Source: Ophelia neglecta (Eukaryota). From it: a DNA stretch of 64,000 nt. The notes beneath the pieces are model-generated. The model ran no database searches and was not told where the DNA came from. It was given only the letters and a program-made list of their open reading frames with translations. A program made the position numbers and the translations under genes. The DNA lies in the NCBI GenBank assembly GCA_965285935.1, contig OZ260663.1, positions 91,202,001-91,266,000 of the forward strand. The letters are read 5' to 3'. Shown here in pieces: positions 26,695-38,400 of this stretch (positions within the stretch are counted from its first letter, which is position 1; each line of letters begins with the position of its first letter).

Positions 26695-27095
26695 ATGGAT
26701 CCGGAATCGACAAGTGGGAGCATAGCTGATGAGATTATAGATGGCCACTATCTAGAGGATCTCAGTCTGGCCACAGTAAGCTGGCACAATGACATCACGT
26801 TTGTCCCCACAACCCTTACCTACGGACTTACCTTTACGTTAGGAATTATCGGTAATGGTCTGGTCATCTTCGCCCTACTCGGCGACCGTAAAGCACGCAA
26901 TGTGACATCTTCATTCTTAGTCAGCCTCGCAGTGGCAGATCTACTCTTTCTTTTAGTCTGCGTGCCGTACGAGACAGCAGAGAAAATGATCAATTATTGG
27001 TCCGGTGGCAGGGTATTGTGTAAACTGGCTCGGTTTCTTGAAATGCTGTCGGGCGTAGCATCTGTACTGAACTTGACCGCAGTCAGTATTGAGAG
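26695..27095 (+). CDS. GPCR-B exon 1 (N-terminus, TM1-TM3), paralog of GPCR-A
   Basis: ATG GAT at 26695; GNGLVI, SLAVADLL, SIE-R; donor GAGAG|GTAAGT; upstream acceptor TTTTCACAG at 26589 implies a non-coding 5' exon. Confidence 0.95.
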
Positions 27096-29734
27096 GTAAG
27101 TCTATATGGGAGGTTATATACCTAGCAACTGAAGTCAGTATTCAAATGATCTTGTTTTTATTAGTTATTATATGCTTCAATGTGGTATGCAATAATGTTA
27201 TATTTTTTGAAGTCCATATATAATTATAGGAGCTATAGTATATTCCGTTTCCAAGGGTCTGTACTGATAAAACGGGTGTATATATCCGGCAGACACAGCC
27301 AAATCAATAATCAAGAATAATCAATTAAATTGGGTCAAAAAGGTTACAGCCATTTAAAGAGTTCTACCCCACAGTGCTTGTCTATGATCATTTATTGGCA
27401 TAGCATTCAGGTTTAGTTTCCAAAAACTTGTTGTCTTTATCTTATATTTGGTACTTCTTAATTGAGTCACTTGCCATCATCGACCTAAATAGTGTACAAA
27501 GGCATTGGAGTTATTTGATTTGAATAAATAAAACATGTATACTTTCATAGCTAAGTCCTACAACTAGATAATGACATGTGAAGTTAGGTTGTATACTTAG
27601 AATAAGGCCAAACTGCCTTAACACAGTTGCATGAATGACAAATAATGAAAATATTCTCAATTTCTGCCTCCTCTGCGCATGCGGAACAAGTTTCCATATC
27701 ACATGTAAGATCCTGTCCTTTGCTATGTATCTATGTATTAAATTTATAAATCTGATATAAATCCATACAGTTTTGATCAGGCATTGCATGCACTTTTTAT
27801 ATAAATTCACCTACCTTACTCCTCTTCATTTAATATTGTCATTGAAGGTTATCTCCCAAAACTATTCTACAAATGATCTTTCCAAAGCATGCCTCTTCAG
27901 AATATATTTTGAACAGCGCTTTATACCTTAGCGAATTCACTGGTCTATTCCACTTCTCTGTTTAGCCTATAACATTTGTTGACACCTCGGTAATAGTCCT
28001 AATGCCGGGTTCAAGTTCTCGGCTATTAGGAATGATTAATATATGTCATAAACACTGCTAGTTACAACCAATAGTCTGCCAAAACCGAGGCCACATATTC
28101 ACGCTTTTTTCAACCACACTGTCCTATAATGGAATACAATTCTGAGTTGTATTCGGACCGTCTATGCATGTATATTCCAGTTTTCGGTTCGTATCTGGGC
28201 TTATCATCCGTCTATTGTTATAAAGTGCAAAAAAGTATCATATCGTAGTTACCCTTATTATCATTTATAAATAATATTTGATGAACTTGGTCATCGCGCT
28301 TTGCGGGATATGCCTGGTGTCCTGGGTGTTATCTTGACCAGAGAAAAATAACCACAGACAATGTCCCCCGATCTCACTTAAATATGCCAAATCATGGTGT
28401 GACCGATGGTGAGGACCGTCTAAATGTACTTTAAATGCTCCAGAACAGCTTATATTTTATTATGGCTTTATCTGGAAAATAATGAAACTGGAATGGAATA
28501 AGCAGCTCATTTTTCTTGTCATAAAAATACAATATATGGTAAATATGGTAAATACTACGTATAAAAATTACTCCTCTTCACTAACAAGTGCCATACTCTG
28601 TGTTGTTATGCTACTCACAGAATTCAAGAATTTGTTTCCCTCTTCATAGGCTGGTGACCACATATTTGTGTTTGTTGTCCTAAATTGTCTTTTTATCTTG
28701 TAGAAAAACGTGGCTCACTATGGATAAATCTAGCCGCTTTGACTTATCAGTTATCTTTTATAATAAACAAGATTGCTTAATGAGAAAAAGGAATTGTAAT
28801 TTACCATCCATCAAGTATCGGCAACACTCTGTCTGACTTTGGGGTTCATGTTTTTAATGAAGTTTTGCCAATTTTCAGCGTCACCCGCTCATTTGTTGTG
28901 GAAATCATTGTCTTCCCATACGGCGAGCCCTGACGCACGCCGGGCACCGCGTGGTGCCTCATTTACAAATTGCTTTCGGAAAAGATCTCAACAGCGTTTT
29001 AGGTCTCACACACTAGACCAAAAAAATTGATATACACTGAATTGTGTAATGCATGAGTTGAATGCAAACGTGCTATGCATGGATGAACATATTCTACAAA
29101 TCTATGCTTCGCTTCAAGAAACAAGTGTAAATCCTCAGTCAAATTATCAAATATTGGTGTTCCATCACAACAAACAGCTCTTTCTCCCACTACTGTGACA
29201 GTCTCTTCGATATTCACGGGTTTAGCCAATTAACTTTTCTGCCCATAGAGATAACCATACTTTTAACTTTTAATATACAAAATGGTATAGGTATATTATC
29301 AAGAGACACAAGGGTAATTGATAACGCGGATAATAATAAGTTAAATTCCCGAGAAACAATACATTACCAGAAACTAATTTTGTCGAAGGAGCTTTCCCCG
29401 GTGACCAATGTTTTCTTGTAATGTAGCGTTCTGAGAGTGTTGACTTATGTAAAATCCGCTCAGAGGCAACAACGCTACATTACCTGAAAGTAATGTAGCG
29501 TTAAGACAATAGAAACTACATGGAGTAGACTTTACTATAAAATAAGACCTCCAACTTAATTCAAACATCATATAATGTAATGGTTTACTCCGATAAGCTG
29601 CACGCCAACTATCCATTAATCATCATTGTCAAGTTTGGTTCATTTAATGTGGCATGGTGATACCGTCGAAGCGCTCAATTTGATCAATATCGAGATACCA
29701 TGATACATACAGCACGTGGACCCGGGGAGAAGGA

Positions 29735-29809
29735 AACAGTATGGCATGTGATTTAACAGAATGGAATGCGATTTAACAGTGTGGCATGTGATTTAACAGT
29801 ATGGCATGT
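29735..29809. repeat. 20 bp tandem repeat (AACAGTATGGCATGTGATTT), ~4 copies, in GPCR-B intron 1
   Basis: Directly visible. Confidence 0.9.
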
Positions 29810-30364
29810 AACCAACGGCATCAATTGCTCTAACCTGTCATATCTTCACGAGGCATTCCACAGGGAGCCTGCAATCCGCGAAGATTAAAACAAGGAAAAG
29901 TTTATTTTTTTGCACAACTGACATTATATCTAGACCGATAGGCAAATATCTATATCGGGTTAACCGTACCCTGCTGGCTTGAACTTCTGTTGAACAATGC
30001 CACGACGTTCCTAGGAACAAATATGTATATCTCAAGTGCAAGACCGTGAGCAACTCAGAATGGAGAATTTTTGCCTCGTAACTCGTGATTCCTTGCTTCA
30101 AATAAGCCTCGGCCCATACGGGTTTCCGCTGATGCCAAGCAGGAAATGACGAGTTATTCGGTCTTTCGGCTATACATAAACTAATTTATGGTCCTATATA
30201 CACAGGGGGTGTCTTTTACCCCCCCCCCCCCAGCCAGATTATGAAAAACCGAATTCAAGCGCATTTGTCTCGGTATTTTAAATGTCCTCCTGCTGGGACT
30301 ATAAGACAACAATACCAATAAATTAGGTATTACTTTTAAACAGCTCGTTGTTCTGTTCTTGCAG

Positions 30365-30488
30365 ATACATAGTGATCGTTCACTCAATGAGAGCCCGTTC
30401 TTATTGTACAATGGGTAAGGCAGTGAAATACATAATATGTGTATGGGTGGCATCTCTTCTTCTGACATCGCCAGCTTTGGTTATCATG
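30365..30488 (+). CDS. GPCR-B exon 2
   Basis: TTGCAG|A TAC; YIVIVHSMRARSYCT; ATG|GTTAGT; 124 bp. Confidence 0.93.
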
Positions 30489-30745
30489 GTTAGTCATTAC
30501 TTTATATTTCCGCTTTCGTTTTTACCTAATTAACTGGAGAAGAGAGCAATCAAACTCCATCAAATTGGCACCGTTCAATATTTTCCTTTACCAATAAGTG
30601 CAATGGCTTTGTATTTGCGATCTTAACTTACCTAAATCAATAACCTCAATTTTACATTAAAAAAAAGTTCAGTAGGCCGTCGGGCCAAAATAAATGTATT
30701 AAGAAACTATTCAACACATATTTGATTGCTATATCTGATTATCAG

Positions 30746-30969
30746 GACACAGAGACGACGAGGTTTTACAACAACCAAACTTCCGTTGAAATAATGACAT
30801 GCGCCGAGAATAATGTGAGGACCCAAACCGAAAAGGTACTATTTGGCTGGTACCAGTTAGTCATCATGTTTATAATACCAGTCCTTGTGATGGTCATTTG
30901 TTACTCTAAGGTGATCGAAGTTCTCTGGATCAGCAACAGAGAATTAGCCAAAATGACGCGAGGGAAAAG
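30746..30969 (+). CDS. GPCR-B exon 3
   Basis: ATCAG|GAC; WYQLVIMFIIPVLVMVICY; AG|GTTCGT; 224 bp. Confidence 0.92.
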
Positions 30970-31144
30970 GTTCGTATGACGGTATAGGAATCATTTGAAA
31001 TACTTCATAAAACGTTGGCATTAGAACACAACGTATATTAACCCGTTTTTCCAAAGCACACAATTTACACACAAAGTACATACTAGTTTCATTGTTATAA
31101 TCGTTTGCTATACATTATATACAAATGGTCGTTGACCTTTATAG

Positions 31145-31286
31145 CAACAGTACAAGAATCCCTACCGAAGACGAGAGCAGACACAAGTTGACCGTACCGG
31201 AAACTAAGCCTCGAGGGAAGTCGGGAGTTACAACCAGTAACACAGGCCGAGATTACAGCGCTGTCGTAAGAGAGGCCAGAAAACAA
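31145..31286 (+). CDS. GPCR-B exon 4 (ICL3)
   Basis: TTTATAG|C AAC (or CAG|T at 31151); HKLTVP...REARKQ; weak donor CAA|GTGATT. Confidence 0.8.
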
Positions 31287-31357
31287 GTGATTAAACTTTA
31301 ACTATTTTAACTCGACTAAGGAGGACACACACATATATATATATTTATATTGAAATA

Positions 31358-31537
31358 CAGTGAAACATGTCTAATGAGGTCACTCAAGGGACTGGAAAAA
31401 AACTGACCACATAACACAGGTGACCTTAATAGGCAGGTCATTTAAGGCAGGAATTAATGGGAATTAGACAGTTATTTAGTGACCTTAGTGAGTAGATGAC
31501 CTTATTACACATGTGACCACAAACACAGGTTTCACTG
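31358..31537. mobile_element. 180 bp Tc1/mariner(pogo)-type MITE in GPCR-B intron 4
   Basis: TA|CAGTGAAACATGT ... ACAGGTTTCACTG|TA: terminal inverted repeats with TA target duplication. Confidence 0.85.
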
Positions 31538-31691
31538 TATTGCTCTTTTGCTGGTTATATGCTGACAGAATATATAATATATTATTGCTGGTTATATGCT
31601 TAGTTCATGTTGTACACAGAATATACACAAAATTGTACACAGAATATATAATATATTATATATAACTGATATATGTTTTATTGCACTCTAG

Positions 31692-31817
31692 GTTATAAAA
31701 ATGTTATTGACCATTATTGGGATTTTCTTCTTCTGCTGGGGACCAAAACTCGTACTCAACTTGATGAAAAGACATGCTTTGTCTCTACTCCAAACTAAGG
31801 CTGCTTTTTGGATAATG
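31692..31817 (+). CDS. GPCR-B exon 5 (TM6)
   Basis: CTCTAG|GTT; VIKMLLTIIGIFFFCWGPK; ATG|GTAAAT; 126 bp. Confidence 0.93.
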
Positions 31818-32133
31818 GTAAATGGATATTTTCTTGGAATGACAATTACGGAATGGGTTCAAATGTTAAATACATAGTACACATAGTACCATTATAACAT
31901 TACGACCAGAATATAGTTTGAAACACATTAAGATGTAAGGTATATTTGGACTAGTATTAAATTTAGTATCAACATTTAATAATAATAGAGTGTAAATTGA
32001 GTGACAAATTATGGTCGTCGTTAATAATGAAAGCAACTGAATATTCCTCTTAGAGAGTGCTGTGAAGAAAAGAAAATTTTCCCAAAGTAATAAAGCATAA
32101 TCTAAAATGATCTTCGAATTGTCTCTTTTGCAG

Positions 32134-32397
32134 CTCTTAATCCATCTGTTGCCGTTTGTACAGAGCTGCATGAATCCACTAATCTATTCATTCATGTCCA
32201 AAAACATACGCCGGAGCATGCGCACTTCGTTTATTTACAATTGTAAATGCGATCCTACCAAATGCTGTAGACGCCGCAGTGTGGTAATCGAGGAACATGG
32301 CATGGAAACTCGGTCAAGAAACGGACTTACCCAAACCAACTCGATGAGTAGACTTGACGGTGCTGCCACCTATTCTACCGTCATGTCGGAATGTTAG
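32134..32397 (+). CDS. GPCR-B exon 6 (TM7, C-tail)
   Basis: TTGCAG|CTC; QSCMNPLIYSFMSKN; spliced CDS totals 1281 nt, open. Confidence 0.93.
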   Translation, partial: LLIHLLPFVQSCMNPLIYSFMSKNIRRSMRTSFIYNCKCDPTKCCRRRSVVIEEHGMETRSRNGLTQTNSMSRLDGAATYSTVMSEC

Positions 32398-34719
32398 CCT
32401 ATTCGCTAAATGAATTTTCTACACGTAATTCTAAGTTGTTTCTTTCGCTGAATGGGGAGCAGAACCAACAGTCTTTTGTTCAGTGTAAGCTAAAAGCTAA
32501 TTGAAATTAAGTGCTCATATCGTTTTGCTCGTATAACTGTGGGAATTAGTTTCTGCATGTGTCTTTACAATGGCTTAATATGTAATAAGGAAACCAGGCG
32601 GATAGGTTGTATGTTCGGACGGCTAATACCACTAAATGTATTGTATTGTATGCAACCGCAGATAATGGTCTTATTGTGCTTTAATTGCCATACTGGAAGC
32701 TCTAGTTTGTGTGAAAACTTCGTGTGCAACCTACACCAAACACTTTCCAATACAAAAATCCATTCTGGCTAATAACGTGGGTCCATGACTAGCCCGAATG
32801 GTTTATGTATGATGTTGAACAGTGACACTAGTTGTTAGATATATAATGGCGCCTGTTCGACACATAATGGCGCCTGTTAGCTTATAATACTTTTTCCAAC
32901 GTGCACACCATTCCCGTCGGGCTAACCTTTAATGATATTTACAGGCCCGAATGAAAATTTAATAGTCTATGACCATCGGCCTAGGGCTAGTATCGCAGAC
33001 TGGGTGTGTAACTTCTAATTGGAATGTAATGTCACAGGAGAGATAGATATATACATTTATTTTTGTAACGCGGCATAAGGTTTTGGTTGTTTAGTCTGTG
33101 TAAGTATTTGTTGCTGTCTGTTACTAATATTGTCGACCATAATCAACCACATTGCAAATGTTTGGGATATAGTTTAAAAGGTAATGAAAAAAATTGTTTT
33201 TCCGATAGCGAGGTGAAATTCCCCGATGTTTTTATCGCCATCTGAAAAACGTGGGAAAATATAACCTGATATACTTACATATATTATAACTCGTATATAC
33301 TACATACGTTCGTGTATTATGTGCATACGTGAGTGAACAAAGTACAAAACTACGCGCACAATGTATACAATTGCGTGTAAACTAATTTAAGTGTGTGTAT
33401 TATTTGCCCCCCTGAAAATACGCGCACACAAGATCCTTTTTAACATGCAATAAAACTAAACGTGAAATACAGTATTACCCCTACAGCAATGTGCAGAAGG
33501 TAGTGACAGGTAAAAGACATTTCCTAATCATATTCAAATTGACATGTAAAAATAAGTGTACATACTAAAAGCAGCTGGGTGTTAAAACACGGGATGCATA
33601 ATATGATTATTACAATTTATACAAGCCAGTTATAAGCCTTGATGTATCTATACAATACGACGTTACGGAAAAGGTGTGCAGAATTCTGCTTTAATAAATG
33701 TGCTACAGCAGGAGAAAAAGAGACTAATTGTAGAAATAATAAGCTCCAAACCCCTTTTATCTCAATATATATATATTGTGATGTTATTGTGGTATTCCGT
33801 TATGAAGTTTTGTCTGATGTTTTAATTATGAATAAAAAAACTTTTACAATTATTACAAACGGTCTTCGTTAATTAGTAGTGTGATGAGGATGGTATTAAA
33901 TAACAAATTTCGTAATCACAGCAATCACGCAGGGAGTCCATTGAAAATCTGGCATTGGACATCCACAAACACCAATTCTAATTGGCATGTTACATTTTAT
34001 CCAAATGCAACGCATACGTTTTTACCTCATACCCTACCTTTCTTCGGAAATACCCTGTACACTTCGCTTGCATATTTAACTAATTATAATTGGCATGTCA
34101 TAATGATGATAGATGGAATGGAGAATCATTCTTATTGTATAAAGTAATATTTGCAGGGTATTTCATTTCCTTCTTTGGACGCCATTGGACAGATAACGTG
34201 GAATTAACGCTGGCGGTACGGCATTAAGCTGACCTATTTACTAACCAGGTTATGTGGATCCGACAGATACCCCACAGTGATTCGCCACGCTTTTTACGGT
34301 GGGAAGCGGTGAACGGCTTCAGGCGTTGATTGAGCAATCCACTTCTATCTAAATGCACATGCCCTTTGTGAATAGGTTAAAGTAAACTCTCCATGTCATA
34401 AGGAGTTTCTCAGTAATTCATACAAAAAAAATTTATTTGTTAGATGCCACACAAGCGACATTCGCGGATGCCGAAACGATTAAATGTCATATTTATTTAT
34501 ATATCATATCATTTAATATAACACTGATTTCAGGGAACCTACCCATGGTGTTTTACGCTAAGAAATGGACAAATCAAAAGTGGATTAATTTGCCTTAAAA
34601 TTTTCAAAAAAAAGAATGTTTGGAGTTTGTTTCTTGGAACACATACGTTGTCACCGAAATGCATATCATACGATACATCATTCCAAAGCGGGTTTAGTAC
34701 GGAGGACAGGCGTTATGAG

Positions 34720-35460
34720 TTCTTATTTCCCAACGCCTGAGATGAGTCTAGCTGTTGAGTTCTCCCTGCAGGGCCGCCAGCTGTGTACCGGGTAAACAAC
34801 AAAGAATCAAAGTAATCGAGCATGAAAGTGTCAAAGGCATGCATGAAACGTTCCACTGCAGTATGGGTCCAATATCTACGAATGTTCCTGGTGCTCACTT
34901 GGTATAAAGATTTAATTTCCGGGCTCAAATGATTGTTCGCGATCATGTTCATTTGAGAGTTGAAATGAACTCCAAGATTTCGCTCTTTTTTCATAGATGA
35001 AACATGGTTATAACCGACATGAAATTTAGTACCTATAGACCACTGGCGCAATATTTTAGGAGAAATAACCATAAACTCTTGTTTTGTTCCCTTTAGCTTT
35101 TGACAATCAGGTTCAAAACATTCTGAAAACAGAAATATACAAATCATTTCTTTTCTTGACTGTATCCATGCTACGGAGCTGGAAACCAATGTATTGGCTA
35201 AGTATCATCACCTTAGAGATGATAATCCAACCGATACCTCTAGAGAACGTCCTCAAGGCTCTAGGTGTAGAGTATGAAGAGGATTTTGCCAAGAACCGAG
35301 CCTTATGGTACTCGACAGGAAAAGGGATGCCGAATTATCGCCTTCCTTGTGGTTAACAGGAATGATAGAAATCAGTCCAATGCTTCTCTGGTATTCTCAG
35401 GTGACTTTCAAGGCGCCCAATCAGTGGCCTCTAATGTGATTTGTGTCAAATGTCGCTGAT
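34720..35460 (-). mobile_element. Decayed non-LTR retrotransposon (CR1/L2-like) reverse transcriptase fragment
   Basis: Degenerate VP*GSVLG.ILFILYT, YHL*GDDT (YADD), RNLGVHFNS, HAFDTFMLDYFDSLL. Confidence 0.85.
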
Positions 35461-38400
35461 AGGTGAAAAAATACAAGAAAAAGGCAATGACTCCCCAAAA
35501 AGACCCAGGATTTGCTTTTGTACTCTGAGAGTGTTAGTATCTTAATATCTTAGTTTTAGTAATATGGTACCGCTCATTCATGTTTGATATTCGTTGCCAA
35601 ATTGTGTTGATAAAAGAAAATCTAGCGTGTTCAGCGAGTTTCTATTTTGTGATAAGCCTTTAGAAGCAATACTAATGAGAGTGCTTATGATGATTGATAC
35701 CATTTTTAAAACCTTTTTAAAGCACGGTGAGTCGTCACGGTGAGTTCCTGAAGCACATTGTAGCGTTATGCGTTAACAGCACATACTTGTCGTGTAATGT
35801 GTTATCAAGTCTGAACTGATCAATGACAGTCCCGAAACGCCATATGATAAATAACGCTAAAACATAGAATGAGACTGACAGCTTTATCGACCAAGGCTGG
35901 CATGTGCTAAATTGAAGTATTCAGCGAGGGAAAGGAAGCATCATCATCAGCTAACAGAAACCCGGGGAAATCATCCGTGGTGGATCCTATTAGTATAAAT
36001 CAGTTTTTATATCCTCTGACGATATTTAGCTATTCGAATAATGCCTCAGATAATCTAGTGTACGTTCATACCAAACGTGGACATGAAGAACACACCGGTT
36101 GTATAATACAGATCCAATATGGACGTATACAACTAGCCAGAAAAGGCTATAACCGGCTAGAAAGACAAATATTGTATCGTTGACATGCACTATGTATGCT
36201 GGACCATTCGTACTAAAAGGTATATCGCAATAGCCTGTTGCGCGTGACATTACAAGGAATGACTATTAACAATACTAATAAACTCTTCAAAACGAAGGTA
36301 ACGACATATTGTCATTAAAATTACGCTTAGCGGCAATGCCTGAAATATACTTGTATTTTCCCTAGATAAACTTAAATCCCTAGATATTAATTATACTGCT
36401 TTGCTGTGTCCGAATCAAAATGCTAGCTTTCGCAGTTCAATTTAGTCCTAGGTACAGATAATCAATCATGGCAAGATAGCTCGGCGATGCCCGTCCATTT
36501 GGAACTAATAGGTAACGCTTGTAGAATGAATGGTAAATTGGGTTCTGCAGGGAGAAGAACTGACGGTGCGTGGGTGATGGGGTGTTTCCAAGTTTCGATT
36601 TTCAATGGTATTGCGATAAATAAGTCACCACTTAACTATTTGAAAAGTTTTGTTCGCTTGATTTATTGTGGCCAAGAAAACATATTAGATTCACGTAAGT
36701 GTTCTGCTACGGTACCGATTCGATCCCTCTTCTATAGTCAATTGTCCTACAATGGACTATAGGTGCGCCAACGGATTCTAGATCAACAAGTAAAATAGAT
36801 GTTTCACATAAAAGGGGAAGAAATCAGCCAGATTATTAAAGAAAGGGCGTAAAAAGAAGGTATGTACTTTAGTACATGAAGCTTTTGTGTATTTGTTATT
36901 TCTGATGAAAAAGAAAGCATATATCCCTATTATTTGTAACAAAATATAATCTTGAACACAAAGCTGGCACTCGGTATATTGTGGCACGTAGAAACAGGAG
37001 TTCTGACCTACAAAGATGCTCGTATTTAATTTTTGTAAATCCTAAGTACTATATTAAACTTAATCTAGTTGCCATTTATCGATTAATTGACAGTGGCATG
37101 GCAATATTGTCATTAAATTAATAGGGAATTGAATAAATGAAATTTTGAACTTAAAAAATTCGCCACTACAACTGATTGTATTCCATTCCTGAAATTGTTG
37201 TCTAAATGCTACAATGTACTCTATTAGCGAGGTGCATAGTTCGTCACCTTTGCCATTTTCTATACTGGTGTGCGTTTGTTTTGGTCACGTGGAATATTAC
37301 GACAATTATTGAAGCGCATATTAGGACTTTTGGAGGTGGGGCCAAGACTAGATATATAAAGATTGGTGTTTTAACAAGTAGAATCTATGGTATTCGAAAT
37401 GTAGTTGTGTCAATAACGGATCAACCAGACTTAACTTTAGATTTGTTAACCTGGCTTTGTATTTGACAACCAATAGTAACTTTGGCGTAGATTGCTCTCA
37501 ACAGGTCATGTCCGCTCACTACCACTGGTTTCACTCGTTGCAACGGCTATGCTAGATTCCTAAACTACCAGCACCTTTCATTGTGCAGCATGGGCTAGAA
37601 AATGACATTAAAGATAAGCTATCTATACAAACGTACTCGGGAAGTGATCATAGATGTTTTGGAATCTTTAGAGAAAGCATTATGGTTTACAATGCCCAAG
37701 GGATCTATTTGGGTAAGAGGACTGGGGTATCTAAAAAAGTTGTGCTGGGCCATTTACTCCAAAAGTAATGCCAACAACTCGCCCCTGTTTATGCTAATAA
37801 TCCATTTAATCGATATTCATAAGAAATTTGGGGTCGATACAAGTATAAACCCTGTATTTGTTAAATTTTATTACATGATTAGTTACTGTTTGTGAGGTAG
37901 ACTATTGACGTGTTTATTTGACGTGTTTGTGTGGGTCTGTGGCTGTTGGTTCCTAATGATTTCGCAATGATTCGAATGACCGTTATTGTACAGATGATTT
38001 GGATTTCTCTGTCGTGGAGAAAATGTGCCTTATTTACATGATAGGGATAAGTGAGCCATCCTCGAATTAACTCCGCATTTTGTATAGCTAACAATAAAAA
38101 CTACCTTAAGTAAGGGTTCTAATATATATCTGCAGGATATACCGAATATTTGAACTTGGCCGTTGGCAGCTTCTCAAGATAATACTCAGATAATGACCAA
38201 ACGGAGCTTTTTGGACGCTTTAAAGCTTGCCCGAGGACGATATAGATTGGAAGAACCCCCCCCCCCCCACATTATACTTTACAATAATGTCACTTACAAA
38301 CAGCAAAGTCATGCTCAGCTCAGCTGATTATAATCTCCAACCGACGCGGATCATTGCCAATTTTGTCAATGTGCCATATGACACCAGACATCGTAACAGT

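Noticed and set aside
37206-37466. 86-aa ORF with a hydrophobic stretch
   Set aside because: No motif, splice support or internal homology
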